Source of the DNA: Candidatus Hydrogenedens sp.
GTDB taxonomy: Bacteria; Hydrogenedentota; Hydrogenedentia; Hydrogenedentales; Hydrogenedentaceae
Assembly: GCA_049968235.1 (NCBI GenBank)
Contig: JBMFRC010000001.1
Location: forward strand, 96,001-160,000
Direction: 5' to 3'
Length of the DNA stretch: 64,000 bases
The position numbers were made by a program, and so were the translations under genes. A model generated the notes under the pieces. The model was not told where the DNA came from. It searched no databases and worked only from the letters and a program-made list of their open reading frames with translations. Positions 1 through 10,400 of the stretch are shown in pieces; the first letter of the stretch is position 1, and every line of letters starts with the position of its first letter.

Positions 1-307
1 CTTTACCTGCACACGAACCCGAAGGATACATGCCTTCATCGTAAAGAATTATTTTTATGTCCTTTTCATGTGCAAATTCAATAATAATTTTTAAGAAATA
101 AAGCCAACGCTCTGACATAAAACCAATGCTTTTAGGAAGTCCCATACGGGGATGTGGAATAAGTCCATATACACCATGCTTTATAAAATCATTTAAATAT
201 TCTTGAATTTTTTCCTCTTTTAATTCGTCATTTAAAAACCAGAAAGGCATTAATGAATACTTATGAGGAGGTTCTTTAATCAATTGGAGTAGTGTTTCTT
301 TTTCCAT
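1..307 (-). CDS. Partial gene running off the window edge, encoding a glycoside-hydrolase-like protein. The N-terminal 102 aa begin MEKETLLQLIKEPPHKYSLMPFWFLNDELKEEKIQEYLNDFIKHGVYGLIPHPRMGLP...ILYDEGMYPSGS.
   Basis: Manual translation of the minus strand from the ATG at 305-307 shows an open frame to position 1 and no in-frame stop for 10 codons upstream. The PFWFLNDEL...GxxGLIPHPRxGL...LYDEGxYPSG pattern is typical of the N-termini of secreted glycosidase-like TIM-barrel proteins. The family cannot be assigned from this fragment. The gene is absent from the ORF track because it is truncated. Confidence 0.35.
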   Translation of the reverse strand, partial: MEKETLLQLIKEPPHKYSLMPFWFLNDELKEEKIQEYLNDFIKHGVYGLIPHPRMGLPKSIGFMSERWLYFLKIIIEFAHEKDIKIILYDEGMYPSGSCAGK

Positions 308-369
308 GATGAATGAAACTCGATTTTTAATTGTTATATTCACAATAAAATTTCACATTTGTATATCAT

Positions 370-395
370 TATAATGTAAAATAATATATGGAGGA
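370..395 (+). promoter_or_regulatory. Candidate -10 box TATAAT at 370-375 and Shine-Dalgarno GGAGGA at 390-395, 13 nt upstream of the ATG at 409.
   Basis: Read directly from the sequence: cattataatg...atatggaggagtaaaatgaaaaaATGgca. No convincing -35 box lies at 17 bp spacing. Confidence 0.35.
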
Positions 396-408
396 GTAAA
401 ATGAAAAA

Positions 409-1260
409 ATGGCATTTGACACAGAAATATCGGAAGAAACAGTAGGTCAGGCAAGGTTATTTTCTGCAGATGTATCCCCTGACCTATGTGATGAGTTATT
501 GCGACAGTACGGGATGACTCTTTATGAAATCATTTGGTTCGAAAAAAATATAAACGATACTCAGATATTTAAATTATTGAGGCAAATATTAGACCGTGGT
601 TGTGAGCAAATCAATTCACCATCTATTTTAACTCCTAAAGTATCTCTCTTCTTTACTGCCCACCAGATTCTTAGTGAGACAATAAAAGATATAACAAATA
701 AAATTGAGACGAAAGACGATAATACTATTTTTTCAAATCCGTTAGTTCATGCCATTCGACAACTTCCGTTTGAGAAAAGATTTGTTTATTTATTAAGAAC
801 GAAAGAGAATTTTACATACAGGGATTTAGAAACGGTATCCATTCGACATCGTGATGAAATAGGTTTATTTCTTACGGAAACAAGGGAATTTTTAAGAATC
901 CAATTATGTAAAGAGTCGTTATTACCCTTTTCTAATAGTTCTGACTTATGTTCGGAAACTTATAAATATCTATCTCCGTATTTAGATAACGAACTCAATG
1001 CTCTGAATATTATGGAAATAGAGAAACACCTTTATAAGTGTGAAAAATGTCTTCAAATTCTTGCAAACCATCAATATATTCATAAACAGGTTAATAATTT
1101 ACATCTGATATCTGATAGAGAACTGTTATCTCACTTTTGGGCAGAAACGAATATAAACAAAAAACAAAAAGAATCGGCCTCCCCCGAAAATAATCAGAGA
1201 AAAACACCTCATAAAAAACATTCTCGCCTTTTCTCCTGGATACGAAACTTGTTTGGGTAG
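409..1260 (+). CDS. Regulatory protein with an ECF-sigma-like region 4 followed by a C-terminal zinc-finger anti-sigma (ZAS/zf-HC2-like) motif.
   Basis: LPFEKRFVYLLRTKENFTYRDLETVSIRHRDEIGLFLTETREFLR matches the sigma-70 region 4 pattern LPxxxRxVxLLxxxEGxSYxEIAxxLGxxxGTVKSRLHRAR. The C-terminal LSPYLDNELNALNIMEIEKHLYKCEKCLQIL matches the anti-sigma zinc-finger signature (YLDGEL...HLxxCxxC). This is the only plus-strand gene in the window, and its Shine-Dalgarno lies 13 nt upstream. Confidence 0.5.
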   Translation: MAFDTEISEETVGQARLFSADVSPDLCDELLRQYGMTLYEIIWFEKNINDTQIFKLLRQILDRGCEQINSPSILTPKVSLFFTAHQILSETIKDITNKIETKDDNTIFSNPLVHAIRQLPFEKRFVYLLRTKENFTYRDLETVSIRHRDEIGLFLTETREFLRIQLCKESLLPFSNSSDLCSETYKYLSPYLDNELNALNIMEIEKHLYKCEKCLQILANHQYIHKQVNNLHLISDRELLSHFWAETNINKKQKESASPENNQRKTPHKKHSRLFSWIRNLFG

Positions 1261-1302
1261 AAAAGGTAATGATTCTGTCTTTCAATTTATAAACGAAAGG
1301 GG

Positions 1303-2244
1303 TTATTCTTTTTGTCTTTTTTCGTTATTCTTTTGAGGAATAGCAGGCAAGTAATTGTAAACCCATTCTAAAAATTCGGGGGTATCTTTTATAATTTCAA
1401 GATCGGGGTCATTTTTGGCATCATATCGAAAATCTGGGTTTTTGTCGAGTGCTTTTTTCAAATATTCTAATGCAGATTTTTTATCTCCCTGTAAGGCTTT
1501 AACACATGCAAGGTTATAATAGGGTTTCCCATGTTCAGGATAAATAGAAATGGCTTTTTTATAGTTCTCTTCGGCTTTTGTATATTCCCCTATTTCCACT
1601 AAAAAGTTTGCATAATTGTTGTAAGCATTCAAATCTTCGGGGTCTAATTTTAATGCCACCTCAAAATTTTCTTCAGCTAACTGACGGTATTGGTTATCCT
1701 TTGTATTTATATATTGGTGGCGATAGACCGTGGCTAAGAAAGAGTGATAACGGGCTTTTTGAGGATTACATTCTACTGCCCTTCTTAAATATTCTATTGA
1801 TTTTTCAATAGAGATGATATTGTATTTAAAACCAATATATCCCAGATAACAATAGGCTTCACACCAATTGGGATTTTTAGAAATAATTTCATAAAGTTGG
1901 TCAAAGGATTTAGCAAATTCCTGTTCGCGAATAAGTTGAACGGAAGAAATAAATAACGCTTCTAAAGAGGTATCCTGTTTTTTATCGATAGCAACACAGG
2001 CTTCCCGAACAATTTTTTTGGTTTGTTCATAGTATACAAGAGGGTCGTCATCCAGAGCCAATAGAGCCTTTTTTAATAAAGTGGAATAATCTTCCTGTTT
2101 CAACATATACACTGGTCGATAGATATGAAAAATATTCTGGAATTGCCTTGTTATTATTGAGAAAGGATTAAAATGTAATATAAGTGAAAGAGATAAAAAA
2201 CACAATATGAAAATAACTATGATATTTCTTACCCCTTTACTCAT
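1303..2244 (-). CDS. TPR-repeat protein with an N-terminal transmembrane anchor.
   Basis: The N-terminal hydrophobic segment is IIVIFILCFLSLSLILHF. At least five TPR-like units follow, for example AYCYLGYIGFKYNIISIEKSIEYLRRAVECNP, AEENFEVALKLDPEDLNAYNNYANFL and AEENYKKAISIYPEHGKPYYNLACVKALQGDKKSALEYLKKALDKNPDF. Confidence 0.6.
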   Translation of the reverse strand: MSKGVRNIIVIFILCFLSLSLILHFNPFSIITRQFQNIFHIYRPVYMLKQEDYSTLLKKALLALDDDPLVYYEQTKKIVREACVAIDKKQDTSLEALFISSVQLIREQEFAKSFDQLYEIISKNPNWCEAYCYLGYIGFKYNIISIEKSIEYLRRAVECNPQKARYHSFLATVYRHQYINTKDNQYRQLAEENFEVALKLDPEDLNAYNNYANFLVEIGEYTKAEENYKKAISIYPEHGKPYYNLACVKALQGDKKSALEYLKKALDKNPDFRYDAKNDPDLEIIKDTPEFLEWVYNYLPAIPQKNNEKRQKE

Positions 2245-2334
2245 ATTTTTTCTCCTTTTTTATGAATCCATTTTTTTACTACTACATTGGAAGGATATAC
2301 TATCATAATAATAAGTAAGATTCAAATAATGGGA

Positions 2335-2802
2335 TTAATATTTTTCGGCATATCCCAATTTTTTAAGAATTTCAATTACAAAAAAGAGAGGTCCAATTAA
2401 TAGTTGTATAAGATTATCTGTAAAAGCAGGCTTTCTTTTCTCAAAAACAGTATGTCCGATGAATTGGAGTATCCATCCTCCGATAAAGAGCGTCAAAAAA
2501 AGAAGTATATTAATTTTCCAGGATAAAAGACTAACCCAAAATGCAAGTATTAGCAGAGGAGTAATAACAATTGCCATAACAATCGCAATAGTTTTGTCGA
2601 GTAATAAATAGTAGATAAAAACCGCTATTGCAAAGACTAAAGAAGCATTAATCCACCATGGTAAAGAAGGATAACGAAACCATGAAAAGAAAAGAAGTAT
2701 GGAAAATATAATTACGGGAATTCCGAAATAATGGGTTAATCTGTTATATGGATTTTTATGATAACTGGCATATATATTCACTTGTTCTTTTAAGGTTTTC
2801 AC
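2335..2802 (-). CDS. DUF962/Mpo1-like small integral membrane protein.
   Basis: The N-terminus YHKNPYNRLTHYFGIPVIIFSILLF resembles the conserved Hx(N/Q)PxNxxxHxxGxPxIxxS start of the DUF962 family. Four predicted TM helices follow. The assignment is made from memory of the family signature. Confidence 0.4.
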   Translation of the reverse strand: MKTLKEQVNIYASYHKNPYNRLTHYFGIPVIIFSILLFFSWFRYPSLPWWINASLVFAIAVFIYYLLLDKTIAIVMAIVITPLLILAFWVSLLSWKINILLFLTLFIGGWILQFIGHTVFEKRKPAFTDNLIQLLIGPLFFVIEILKKLGYAEKY

Positions 2803-2859
2803 CGTAAATCCCTTCTTTTATTATTAGAACAAGTAACTTCGTAATTTTTATTTCATTTT

Positions 2860-4176
2860 TTAAGGCAGGTTAAGGATAGCATTTGCTTTTTTCTCAAGAT
2901 TGTGACAAACAATTTCCGGGGTATTCATTAGCGTTAACACTTCCAATTCTGCACTTTCTACCATATCACGCACCTGTTGCCAGCCCGATAGATTGGGTTC
3001 AGGTCTCGCAAATTTAAGGCAGTCAAAGGGAACTCGGGCATAAGGTTTTTCCTGCCAGAATTTTTGTAGTGTGGGGTTCTCTGCGGAAGAGTAACGAATA
3101 GGAACATATCCTGTTTCAATAGCCCAGTTAACTGTATTTTCTTTTGATGTCATGAAACGAACAAACAACCAGGCTCTTTTTTGTTGCTCTGGAGTCGTTT
3201 TGAATATTGTGATGTTAGGACCAAATAGAACTGTAACAGGGGAAAGACCTGTAGTATGGGGTAAGGGGGCTATTCCCCAATGAAAAGCCTTTTCTTTTTC
3301 CAGTAATTCTAATGCAATACGGAGAGAACTGGAACGAATCATATAAGCAATTTCACCACGGGCAAATGCAATTTGGTCATCAAATGTACCGGGGGTAATT
3401 ACATAAGCAAGGTCTTCTTTTATCAGTTGCTGTAAGAAAGAAAAAACACGAATAGTTTCTGAAGAATTAAATAAAGTTTGATGTCCATTCATAATTTCTC
3501 CGCCAAAACTATAAATCATAGCACTAACTGTGGAACAATCTACAGAAATTGCATATCCTTTCTTTCCTGTTTTATTTTTTATTATTTGCAGGTGTTTATA
3601 AAACTCGTCCCATGTTTCAGGTGCATGTGGAATTTCTGATTCGTTTAAGACATTCTGGTTATAATACAGAACAAGCACACTTTTGGCTAAGGGGAACGAA
3701 TATAATTTGTTATCAAAATCTGAATACCGATTAGCGGAAATAACCGCTGGGAAAAAATCTTCCAATTCATCTTTTGACAAACCTATTTCAGGGTCGTTTA
3801 AATACTCATCAATAGGGACTACTGCACCTGTAGGGATATATTCACTGGTCATACTTTCGTATGAAACTGCAAGGGCGGGTAATTTGCGTGCCTGAATGCT
3901 TGCGGATACCTTACGGAATATTTCTGCATAACCACCTGCTTTCTCTACTTTAATAGGTAGACCGGGGTACCGTTCATTGAATTCATTGGCTTTGGTTTTG
4001 ATAAATACGGCACTTTCCGCTGTTTGTCTGTCCCAGAACACAATTTGTGATGAATTTAATGGCATAAACTCTGCTATAGATGGGGAAAAGCAACCATTTC
4101 CAGAGATTAATATCAATATTAAAAGTATGTAATAAATTAAAACTCTTTTCTTTTTTTTAGGGGAATACATTATCAT
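2860..4176 (-). CDS. Extracellular solute-binding protein of a carbohydrate-type ABC importer (family 1 SBP).
   Basis: It has an N-terminal signal or lipoprotein-like segment, LILISGNGC. It is about 440 aa long and lies immediately upstream of two MalF/MalG-type permeases, with a 4-nt overlap to the next gene. Confidence 0.6.
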   Translation of the reverse strand: MIMYSPKKKKRVLIYYILLILILISGNGCFSPSIAEFMPLNSSQIVFWDRQTAESAVFIKTKANEFNERYPGLPIKVEKAGGYAEIFRKVSASIQARKLPALAVSYESMTSEYIPTGAVVPIDEYLNDPEIGLSKDELEDFFPAVISANRYSDFDNKLYSFPLAKSVLVLYYNQNVLNESEIPHAPETWDEFYKHLQIIKNKTGKKGYAISVDCSTVSAMIYSFGGEIMNGHQTLFNSSETIRVFSFLQQLIKEDLAYVITPGTFDDQIAFARGEIAYMIRSSSLRIALELLEKEKAFHWGIAPLPHTTGLSPVTVLFGPNITIFKTTPEQQKRAWLFVRFMTSKENTVNWAIETGYVPIRYSSAENPTLQKFWQEKPYARVPFDCLKFARPEPNLSGWQQVRDMVESAELEVLTLMNTPEIVCHNLEKKANAILNLP

Positions 4177-5054
4177 CCTTTTAACCCAACACGTATGGAT
4201 TCCTGGAAGAAGTATTTCTGTGCAACTAAATAAATAATAATTGTTGGTAATGCCACAATAGTAGATGCTGTCATCAGGAGGTTCACACGAATTCCTGCAT
4301 CACCCGAGAACACCGTTAAACCCACCTGCACAACTCGCTTTGCCTCGTCTGCGGTAATTATTAAAGGCCAGAGTAATGAGTTGTAACTGTTCAGAAATGT
4401 AAATAAAGCCACTGTAATCAGTGCTGGTTTAACAAAAGGAACGGATAAATATAATAGGAATGAAAAATGTCCACATCCGTCAATTTGTGCAGATTCATAA
4501 TAATCTTCTGGAAGAATCATAAATGCTTGTCGAAGTAAAAGAATTGAAAAGGCATTAGCACACCATGGGGCAATCAGTCCCGGGTAAGTATTATACCAAC
4601 CTAATTTGCTGATTAGAATAAAATTAGGGATTAATACAGATTCAAATGGTACCATCATTGTGGCCATGATAATTGCAAAAAGTATTGATTTTCCCGGGAA
4701 TTTTAATCGTGCGAAAACATATCCTGCCAATATTGAATTTACACAAACGGTAATCGTAACAATACCTGCAACAAGAAAAGAATTAAAAAAATATTTCCCG
4801 AAAGGAGCAAATTGAAAAACGCGAATCCAATTTTCCCATTGCCACTGTGATGGAAAAATCCATAACGAAGGAGTTGTTGCTTCTTCTAATGTTTTAAACG
4901 AAGCAGTAAACATCCACAAAAAGGGGAAACTCACGATTAGCCCCAGTAAGAGTAGAATAATATATATAATCCATTTATAGAAATAGCGCTGCAATAGGGG
5001 ATTAAAAAACAAATGATGTGATTTTGTATTTTGTGTATTATTGATAGAAGACAT
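4173..5054 (-). CDS. ABC transporter permease of the MalG/UgpE type.
   Basis: It has six TM segments and the EAA-loop signature YESAQIDGCGHFSFLLYLSVPFVKPALITVALFTFLNSYNSLLWPLIIT. Confidence 0.8.
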   Translation of the reverse strand: MSSINNTQNTKSHHLFFNPLLQRYFYKWIIYIILLLLGLIVSFPFLWMFTASFKTLEEATTPSLWIFPSQWQWENWIRVFQFAPFGKYFFNSFLVAGIVTITVCVNSILAGYVFARLKFPGKSILFAIIMATMMVPFESVLIPNFILISKLGWYNTYPGLIAPWCANAFSILLLRQAFMILPEDYYESAQIDGCGHFSFLLYLSVPFVKPALITVALFTFLNSYNSLLWPLIITADEAKRVVQVGLTVFSGDAGIRVNLLMTASTIVALPTIIIYLVAQKYFFQESIRVGLKG

Positions 5055-5988
5055 ATCGCCGGGTCCACTGCCATTGAATAAAAGTTAAGGTCATAATCAT
5101 AATACTTAAAAAGATAGCAACCGCCGAGCCATATCCCCAATAACCGTATTCATAGAATTGTGAATAGATATGGAGCATTAGATTCTCCGTTGTACCCATT
5201 GTTCTTCCGCCTGCGGGACTTAGGGCATAAAAACTACTGAAAGACTGTAAAGAACGAATTAATTGCACGGTGATGAGGAAAAGCCATGTAGGGGTTAATA
5301 AAGGTAATTCGATATGAAAAAGAATATGTAGAGGACGGGCTCCGTCTATTTGGGCAGACTCATAATATTCTTTGGGTATTGTACTCATACCTGCGAGGAA
5401 AACAACTACCGCAAAACCAAAGGTGTGCCAGGCATCAAATAAGGAGATGCAAACTAATGCGAGACTGGGTCCGTATTGTGGGGCAATTATCCCTCCTGTA
5501 AGTATATGTAGTATTCCACGTGGTTCTAAAAGCCACCTTTGCATGGGAAATCCTAAATAATCCAGGATAAAATTAAAAAGCCCTGCTTGAGGGTTATAAA
5601 ATATCCGCCAAACCATAGCAACGGCGACTGTTGATGTTACATAAGGGACAAAGAACAGGATTCTTAAAAATCCTCTTCCGCGTGTGATTTTTGTAAGTAA
5701 ATAGGCAATAATAAAGCCCGATATTAAAGTAGCGGGAACCGTCATCATGGCATAGTAAATAGTTACTTTTAAACTTTGCCAGAATAATGGATTCTGAAAG
5801 GCAATCTGATAATTCTTTAGACCTACAAATTCTCCTATATTTCTTTTTCCACCCCATAGACTTAACTGGAAAGCATAAAACAATGGGAAAATAAAGAAAG
5901 GAATAAGAATTACAAAGGAAGGTGTAAGCATAATAATAGCGGGAATTAAATGAGATGGTCCTTTATTTTTTTTATTAGAAAATAGCAC
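5038..5988 (-). CDS. ABC transporter permease of the MalF/UgpA type.
   Basis: It carries the EAA loop YESAQIDGARPLHILFHIELPLLTPTWLFLITVQLIRSLQSF and multiple TM helices. It overlaps the downstream permease gene. Confidence 0.8.
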   Translation of the reverse strand: MLFSNKKNKGPSHLIPAIIMLTPSFVILIPFFIFPLFYAFQLSLWGGKRNIGEFVGLKNYQIAFQNPLFWQSLKVTIYYAMMTVPATLISGFIIAYLLTKITRGRGFLRILFFVPYVTSTVAVAMVWRIFYNPQAGLFNFILDYLGFPMQRWLLEPRGILHILTGGIIAPQYGPSLALVCISLFDAWHTFGFAVVVFLAGMSTIPKEYYESAQIDGARPLHILFHIELPLLTPTWLFLITVQLIRSLQSFSSFYALSPAGGRTMGTTENLMLHIYSQFYEYGYWGYGSAVAIFLSIMIMTLTFIQWQWTRRYVFYQ

Positions 5989-6067
5989 TTATTCGTTCCT
6001 TTATTCTCAATTATTATGCTATTTTCATATAAAATGCCTTGAAAATAAAAATTGCAATAACGTTATT

Positions 6068-7330
6068 TTATTTTGAGATACACCTGGCTAAAAAATTAAT
6101 GGTTTTTAATACAGCCCCTTGATTCTGCAAAATAATCTTTCGTGCTCGTGTCCCATAGTTTATCGATTCGTAAGGAGAAGCAAATAATCTTTCCAATATC
6201 GAGGAAAGTTCGTTATAATCACTTAATTGAATAGCTCCATTATCTTTTAATAACCTATCCGCAGGCTCCTGAAAATTTCTCATGTAGGGACCGAAAATAG
6301 GCACAACACCCAATCCTGCAGGTTCAAGCGGATTATGTCCATCAACGCCAGGGAACCAAGTTCCACCGATTATTGCCACAGTAGCAATAGAATAAAATTG
6401 AATTAACTCACCTAAAGTATCCACAATAATTATTCGTTCTCCCTGATTCTTCTTACCCTTTAAGTTTTCACTTCGCAAGAGGACATCCTTAGAATCAAAG
6501 TGATTTAGAATAATATCTTTTTTATCAGGATGTCGTGGAGCAAGGATAAACCATAGGTCTGAATATTTTTCTTTGAGTTCATCCCAGATTTTTTTTGCGA
6601 CTTTTTCATCTCCATCTCGAAGACTACCAAAAACAATTATTTTCCCATCAGATGGAATATCCAGGGAAGTTCGGAGCCGATTTCTTTTCCGGAAATCTAC
6701 TTCTGTTGTAACCGCATCATATTTAATATTTCCGACAATATATACTTTTTCTGCATCGGCACCTAATTCGATAAATCGTTTTGCATATTCTTCAGTCTGG
6801 ACTAAAATGAGAGAAAAACATTGCAAGAGTTTTTGATAAATTTTCCTCCAGCGTCGATATGTATGAAGGAATTTGTCGCTGATTCGTCCATTGATGATTG
6901 CTATCGGGATATTGAATTTTTTCGTCTTTAGTATTAAGTTAGGCCAGAGTTCTGTCTCAACTAAAACCAGGATATGGGGAGATACCTGTTTTAAAAATAA
7001 TTCTACCGATTTCGGATGGTCAAAAGGGCACCACGTAATATAAACAGGCATGTCTTTATATTTTTTTTCTGCCTGTTGGTAACCACTAATAGTATTTACT
7101 GTCAACAGAAGTGGGATTTCCCGAAATTGTCGTATCCATTGTTCAATGATAGGAGATACCTGGTTTACTTCTCCAAGACTACAAGCATGTATCCATAAAG
7201 GGTTTTTAATATTTGGAATAGGCGGTGTAAATCTGTTTTTGAGAAGAGAATTTTTTTTACTGAATTGAAGATAAATTTTTGCTAAAGGGGTTAGAACTCG
7301 CCATAGGAAATTATATAAAAATAACCACAT
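6068..7330 (-). CDS. waaA: 3-deoxy-D-manno-octulosonic acid (Kdo) transferase.
   Basis: The N-terminal motif PLWIHACSLGEVNQVSPII corresponds to the WxHAASVGE signature of KdtA/WaaA. The size is about 420 aa and the C-terminal part has a GT-B-like pattern. Confidence 0.8.
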   Translation of the reverse strand: MWLFLYNFLWRVLTPLAKIYLQFSKKNSLLKNRFTPPIPNIKNPLWIHACSLGEVNQVSPIIEQWIRQFREIPLLLTVNTISGYQQAEKKYKDMPVYITWCPFDHPKSVELFLKQVSPHILVLVETELWPNLILKTKKFNIPIAIINGRISDKFLHTYRRWRKIYQKLLQCFSLILVQTEEYAKRFIELGADAEKVYIVGNIKYDAVTTEVDFRKRNRLRTSLDIPSDGKIIVFGSLRDGDEKVAKKIWDELKEKYSDLWFILAPRHPDKKDIILNHFDSKDVLLRSENLKGKKNQGERIIIVDTLGELIQFYSIATVAIIGGTWFPGVDGHNPLEPAGLGVVPIFGPYMRNFQEPADRLLKDNGAIQLSDYNELSSILERLFASPYESINYGTRARKIILQNQGAVLKTINFLARCISK

Positions 7331-7419
7331 ATGAAATTGAATAATATCCTTTTAACCCCTTTTCATAATTTATAAATTCAATTTCAATAATTTAGCAAAA
7401 ATAGGGTAAAACTATTTAA

Positions 7420-10400
7420 TTAAGAAGATTCTTTTCCAACATTGAAGAATCTGGCACCTGTAGTATCAATAATATCAGGAGTCACGAAGATTAACAAGCT
7501 GGATTGTTGAACCTCTTTTGATTTTCCACGGAAGAAAAATCCGATTAAAGGAATATCCGCAAGATATGGCATTTTTTGATTGTTATGGATGGTTTTATCT
7601 TGAACTAGACCGCCCAATACCAGAGTATCACCATCATGGACAATAACATTGGTCCATGCTGCCTGCCATGAAGTAGTTGGAAGAATAATTTCTGTTTTTG
7701 TTTCTGTTGTCCCAACAACATTTTTCTGTTCAAATTTCTTTTCTCCAATTCGTGCGCGTACTTCAGGGTTTAACCATAGACGCACCTGGTCATTATCACG
7801 AATTTGTGGAGTTACAGAAAGAGCAATACCGAAGTTGAATGGACTGAATTGGGGTTGTGTAATTACGGATTGTGTTTGAGAACCTCCAAAACCTCCTTCG
7901 GTTACATATACTTCATTATATACTTGCGTGAGATAATATTCTGTCTGGAAATCAGCCACTACTGCTGGTTTTCGGTTCATCGTTGTAACACGTGGAGCGC
8001 TTAACAATTCGGACTCTCTCAAACTATTTAGGTAATCAAATGCTACACTTAACTGGTCACCATCAGCATTATCAATTATTTTGGTTATTAAACTTAAAGT
8101 TGATGCGGCCGCAGCAGGAGCAGGTGGGTTAACTAACCCTGAAATGGTTCCTTGCGTTACTGAATTACGAACTACATTACTACCATCGGGTCGAACATAG
8201 AAAGGAACTTCTTCATCAACACCATCACCATTTATATCGTAACTGTAAGTTTGTTGAGATAGATAATCATTCTGACGAACTCTATTATTTAAATCACTTA
8301 GATTTCCCGTCCAGTTGAAACCTATTTTCTTCAAATCCTCAATACGCACCGTTAAAAATTTTGCTTCAATACTTACCTGTTTGGGGGTAACATCAATCTG
8401 TCCTAAAATCTGTTCAAATTTGTCCAGGTTTGTAGGAGTATTTGTTACGATTAACATATTTGTGGCTTCATTATAAGCAATTTTAGACAACACCTCACCT
8501 GTATAGGGTTCTTTCACAGGAGGGATGGCATCGGCAAGAATCTGTAATCCGGATAATTCCGTTTCTTCAAAACCAGCACCAGCACCTAACTGTGCTGTTC
8601 CCTGGGCACCACCATAACCTGTGGCTGTGGTTCCCGTTGCTAATGTTCCTCTACCCCCCAAACCACCTATGCCGGCACCTGTACCAACTTGAGTAATACC
8701 GATAGGACCTAATTCACCAACTATTTGGTCACTAATGGTAGAAAACATATCCGAAATATTGCTTAATGTTGTAACATCTCTTCCATAACCGCCGCCATAT
8801 CCACCCATTCCACCACCATACATTCCGCCACCATATCCGCCATATCCACCCATTCCACCACCATACATTCCGCCACCATATCCGCCATATCCGCCCATTC
8901 CACCACGATATCCGCCCATTCCACCACCATACATCCCTCCGCCATATCCACCGCCATACATTCCACCGCCATATCCACCACCATACATTCCACCGCCATA
9001 TCCACCACCATATCCGCCACCGCCATACATCCCACCGCCATATCCACCGCCATACATTCCACCGCCATATCCGCCACCATATCCGCCACCGCCATACATC
9101 CCACCGCCATATCCGCCCATTCTACCTCCATAACTTACGCCATATCCGCCACCATAACCTCCACCTACCCCGCCAACACCACCGAATGGATTTCTTAATA
9201 CTAATTTAAATAGACGGTCAGAACCGACATTTCTCATTTCATAAAATCGTGTTTCTAATGCTTCGAAAGTTTCCTGACGGATAATTTCAGGTTTACTAAT
9301 CCATACAAATCCTGGTTGAACAGAGAAATCCAAACCTAAGGGACGGAGTAAAGCTTTTAATGCTTCTCTCAAAGTAACATCTTTAAGACTGATATAAGGA
9401 ACAATACCATTGGATTTTGTTCCATAATATACATCTGGAGATACTGCATAACCTTGTTGTCCGGGAGCACCCAGAGGAGCACCCAAGCCACCACCTTGAA
9501 GGCCACCCGGCGGGGCTCCGCCAGGACCTCCTCTTAAACCAATACCTCCAGGAGCGACACCGGGCCCTGCCATGGGGGGACGTACTCCTCCGGGAGCACC
9601 GAAGGGCTGTCCTGGAGCACCGGGCATACCCATCGCACCGGGTTGGGCTGGCTGGCCTGGTGTTTGTTGAGGTTGCTGTTTAGAAGGAGGTTCTACGGCA
9701 CGATTATCAATAACTATGTTTACACCGTAACTATCAGAAATAAATGTTGTAATTTCACTGATATGAATATCTTCGAACTCGATACTAACGATGGAATCTA
9801 AGGACTTCTCTATTTCACTTACTTTGGTTACGGGAGCGGTTTCTTCTTCTATTTCAGGTACTGTAAATTTATAAGGTTTTATTCCTCGTGCATCGGCACC
9901 TTCAGGAATTTGTTTCGATTTTTCTATAAATTCCCTCACTCGGGCACGGTCTTCTGAAACTTTTCTCTCTGATTCTTTTACAGATTCCTGGTGAAGTTTT
10001 ATTGTTGCTTGATGCAATCCTTCACGAGCTGTATCATTTTTAGGGTCAATCAGTAAAATATTGTTATAAATCTCTACTGCAATATCAAATTTTTGTGCTT
10101 CCATATACCGCTGGGCATCGGAAAGTAATTTTTGAACTCTTTCTTTCTTTAATTCTTCTGCATTTTTTTCGGGCATCTCACCGGGTTGCGCTGGTTGAAA
10201 GGTTTCAAAAGCGGGGAGTGGAGTCATTTCTTTCTTTTCGCCAATAGATAATTGTAGTTGAGCATTACATTTTTGTTGATAAACCTGTGCCTCTTTATGA
10301 TTTGGGTCCAATGCGAGAGCACGATTAAATTCTGTAAGGGCTTCACGATAAAGTTCTTTCTTGTATAGTCCGACACCTCTACGGAAATATGTTTCTGCGT

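Noticed and set aside
8763-9131. ORF of 122 aa (MEVEWADMAVGCMAVADM...) on the minus strand inside the secretin gene
   Set aside because: It is an alternative reading frame through the GGYGGGMYGGG-encoding tandem repeat. Its periodic MAV/DM sequence simply mirrors the DNA repeat, and it lies entirely within the well-supported secretin ORF.
8760-9180. Possible CRISPR array suggested by the regular short DNA repeats
   Set aside because: The repeat units are contiguous with no unique spacers and sit inside a long ORF encoding a Gly-Tyr repeat. No cas genes are present.
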